Shown here piece by piece: positions 63,177-64,000 of a stretch of DNA of 64,000 nt. The stretch covers positions 5,456,001-5,520,000 of the forward strand of contig OY986947.1 in the NCBI GenBank assembly GCA_963920595.1, written 5' to 3'. A program made the translations under genes and the position numbers. This DNA comes from Eimeria praecox. Its lineage: Eukaryota. The notes below the pieces were generated by a model. That model ran no database searches. It saw nothing but the letters and a program-made list of their open reading frames with translations, and was not told the origin of the DNA. How positions within the stretch are numbered: the stretch's first letter is position 1; each line of letters opens with the position of its first letter.

Positions 63177-63803
63177 ATGTGTAGACAAGTTACTGTATTT
63201 AAAATATTCTGCTGCTTTGCTGCGGTGTATGTACACCTCGTTCTGTCGGGTGTATATGGTTTCGTTAGGCCCATAGGCAAAACCATCTACGGGTCTGCTG
63301 CTTTCGAAGCAGCACAGCTGTCTCCTGCTGCTGCTGCTCCTGCAGCAGCAGCAGCACCAGCACCAGCAGCAGCAGCAGCAACGCCAGCAGCAGCAACAGC
63401 AGGACCTCTTTCGACAGCAGGCTTGTCAAGACAGCAGCATCCCCTTGCTGCTGCAGCAGCACGACGAGCAGCATTAGCAGCAGCAGCAGCAGCAGCAGCA
63501 GCAGGGACTAAAGAAGATCCGTATGATATAGCTGTAGTCGGCTTAGGTGTTGGGGGGCATGCTGCTTGTCTGCATGCGAAATCTTTGGGGCTTCGTGTTG
63601 CTGCTGTCAGTGGAGGTGACCCTGGGGGGACTTGTGTGAATAGGGGGTGTATCCCCAGCAAAGCCCTTCTTGCTGCAGCAAGGCGAGTTCGTATGCTGCA
63701 GCAGCAGCAGCAACTACAGGCTATGGGCATACACCTCAACCCTGGGGCTGTACAGATACACCCCACACATGCAGGCAAATACGCTCTTGATATTGCTGCT
63801 AGG
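63177..63803 (+). CDS. lpdA: Dihydrolipoamide dehydrogenase (PDH E3), apicoplast-type, exon 1; gene continues beyond the window
   Basis: FAD-binding YDIAVVGLGVGGHAAC and redox-active GGTCVNRGCIPSKALL. Signal peptide MCRQVTVFKIFCCFAAVYVHLVLSGVYG plus transit-like region. Donor AGG|GTAATA at 63803/63804. Confidence 0.9.
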
Positions 63804-63835
63804 GTAATACTTACGAACCCTAGTTAACGACCTAG

Positions 63836-63946
63836 ACATACACCCTACAACCTCTATATACACCCCACAACCTCTATATACACCCCACAACCTCTATATA
63901 CACCCCACAACCTCTGTATACACCCCACTACCTGCTCATACACCCA
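63836..63946 (+). repeat. 20-bp tandem repeat CACAACCTCTATATACACCC (~5 copies, degenerating)
   Basis: Direct reading, in the first intron of the E3 gene. Confidence 0.9.
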
Positions 63947-64000
63947 AACCCTGCTTAACGAGTTGTGCATACACCCCACTAGCTCTGCATACACCCCATA

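Noticed and set aside
63177..63803. Glutathione or thioredoxin reductase as alternative identity
   Set aside because: CVNRGCIPSKALL fits lipoamide dehydrogenase (PSK) rather than the GR/TrxR PKK pattern; only exon 1 is visible, so some doubt remains.

Overview
Eukaryotic, intron-rich DNA with the signature of an Eimeria (coccidian apicomplexan) repeat-rich segment: dense CAG/CTG tracts giving poly-Ala/Gln/Ser runs in exons, interstitial (TTTAGGG)n arrays, TGCATGCA and (AGCT)n repeats, and AT microsatellite introns. I built nine gene models by hand from GT-AG sites and phase continuity: a multi-pass membrane protein (+), deoxyhypusine hydroxylase (-), a helical hypothetical protein (+), AMPK beta subunit (-), plastid-type ribosomal protein S1 (-), apicoplast-type ribosomal protein S14 (+), an intronless F-box/LRR-like protein (-), U-box cyclophilin PPIL2 (-) and the first exon of an apicoplast-type dihydrolipoamide dehydrogenase (+). 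Most ORF-track entries are microsatellite artefacts. The most unusual signal is that nine exon junctions in six genes have partial copies (exon end plus splice site) in the neighbouring intron, one amplified into a 12 x 101 bp array. The differences between these intronic copies and the live exons are strongly biased to synonymous codon positions, which neutral intronic decay does not predict. All exon coordinates are manual predictions without transcript evidence, and assembly artefacts cannot be excluded.
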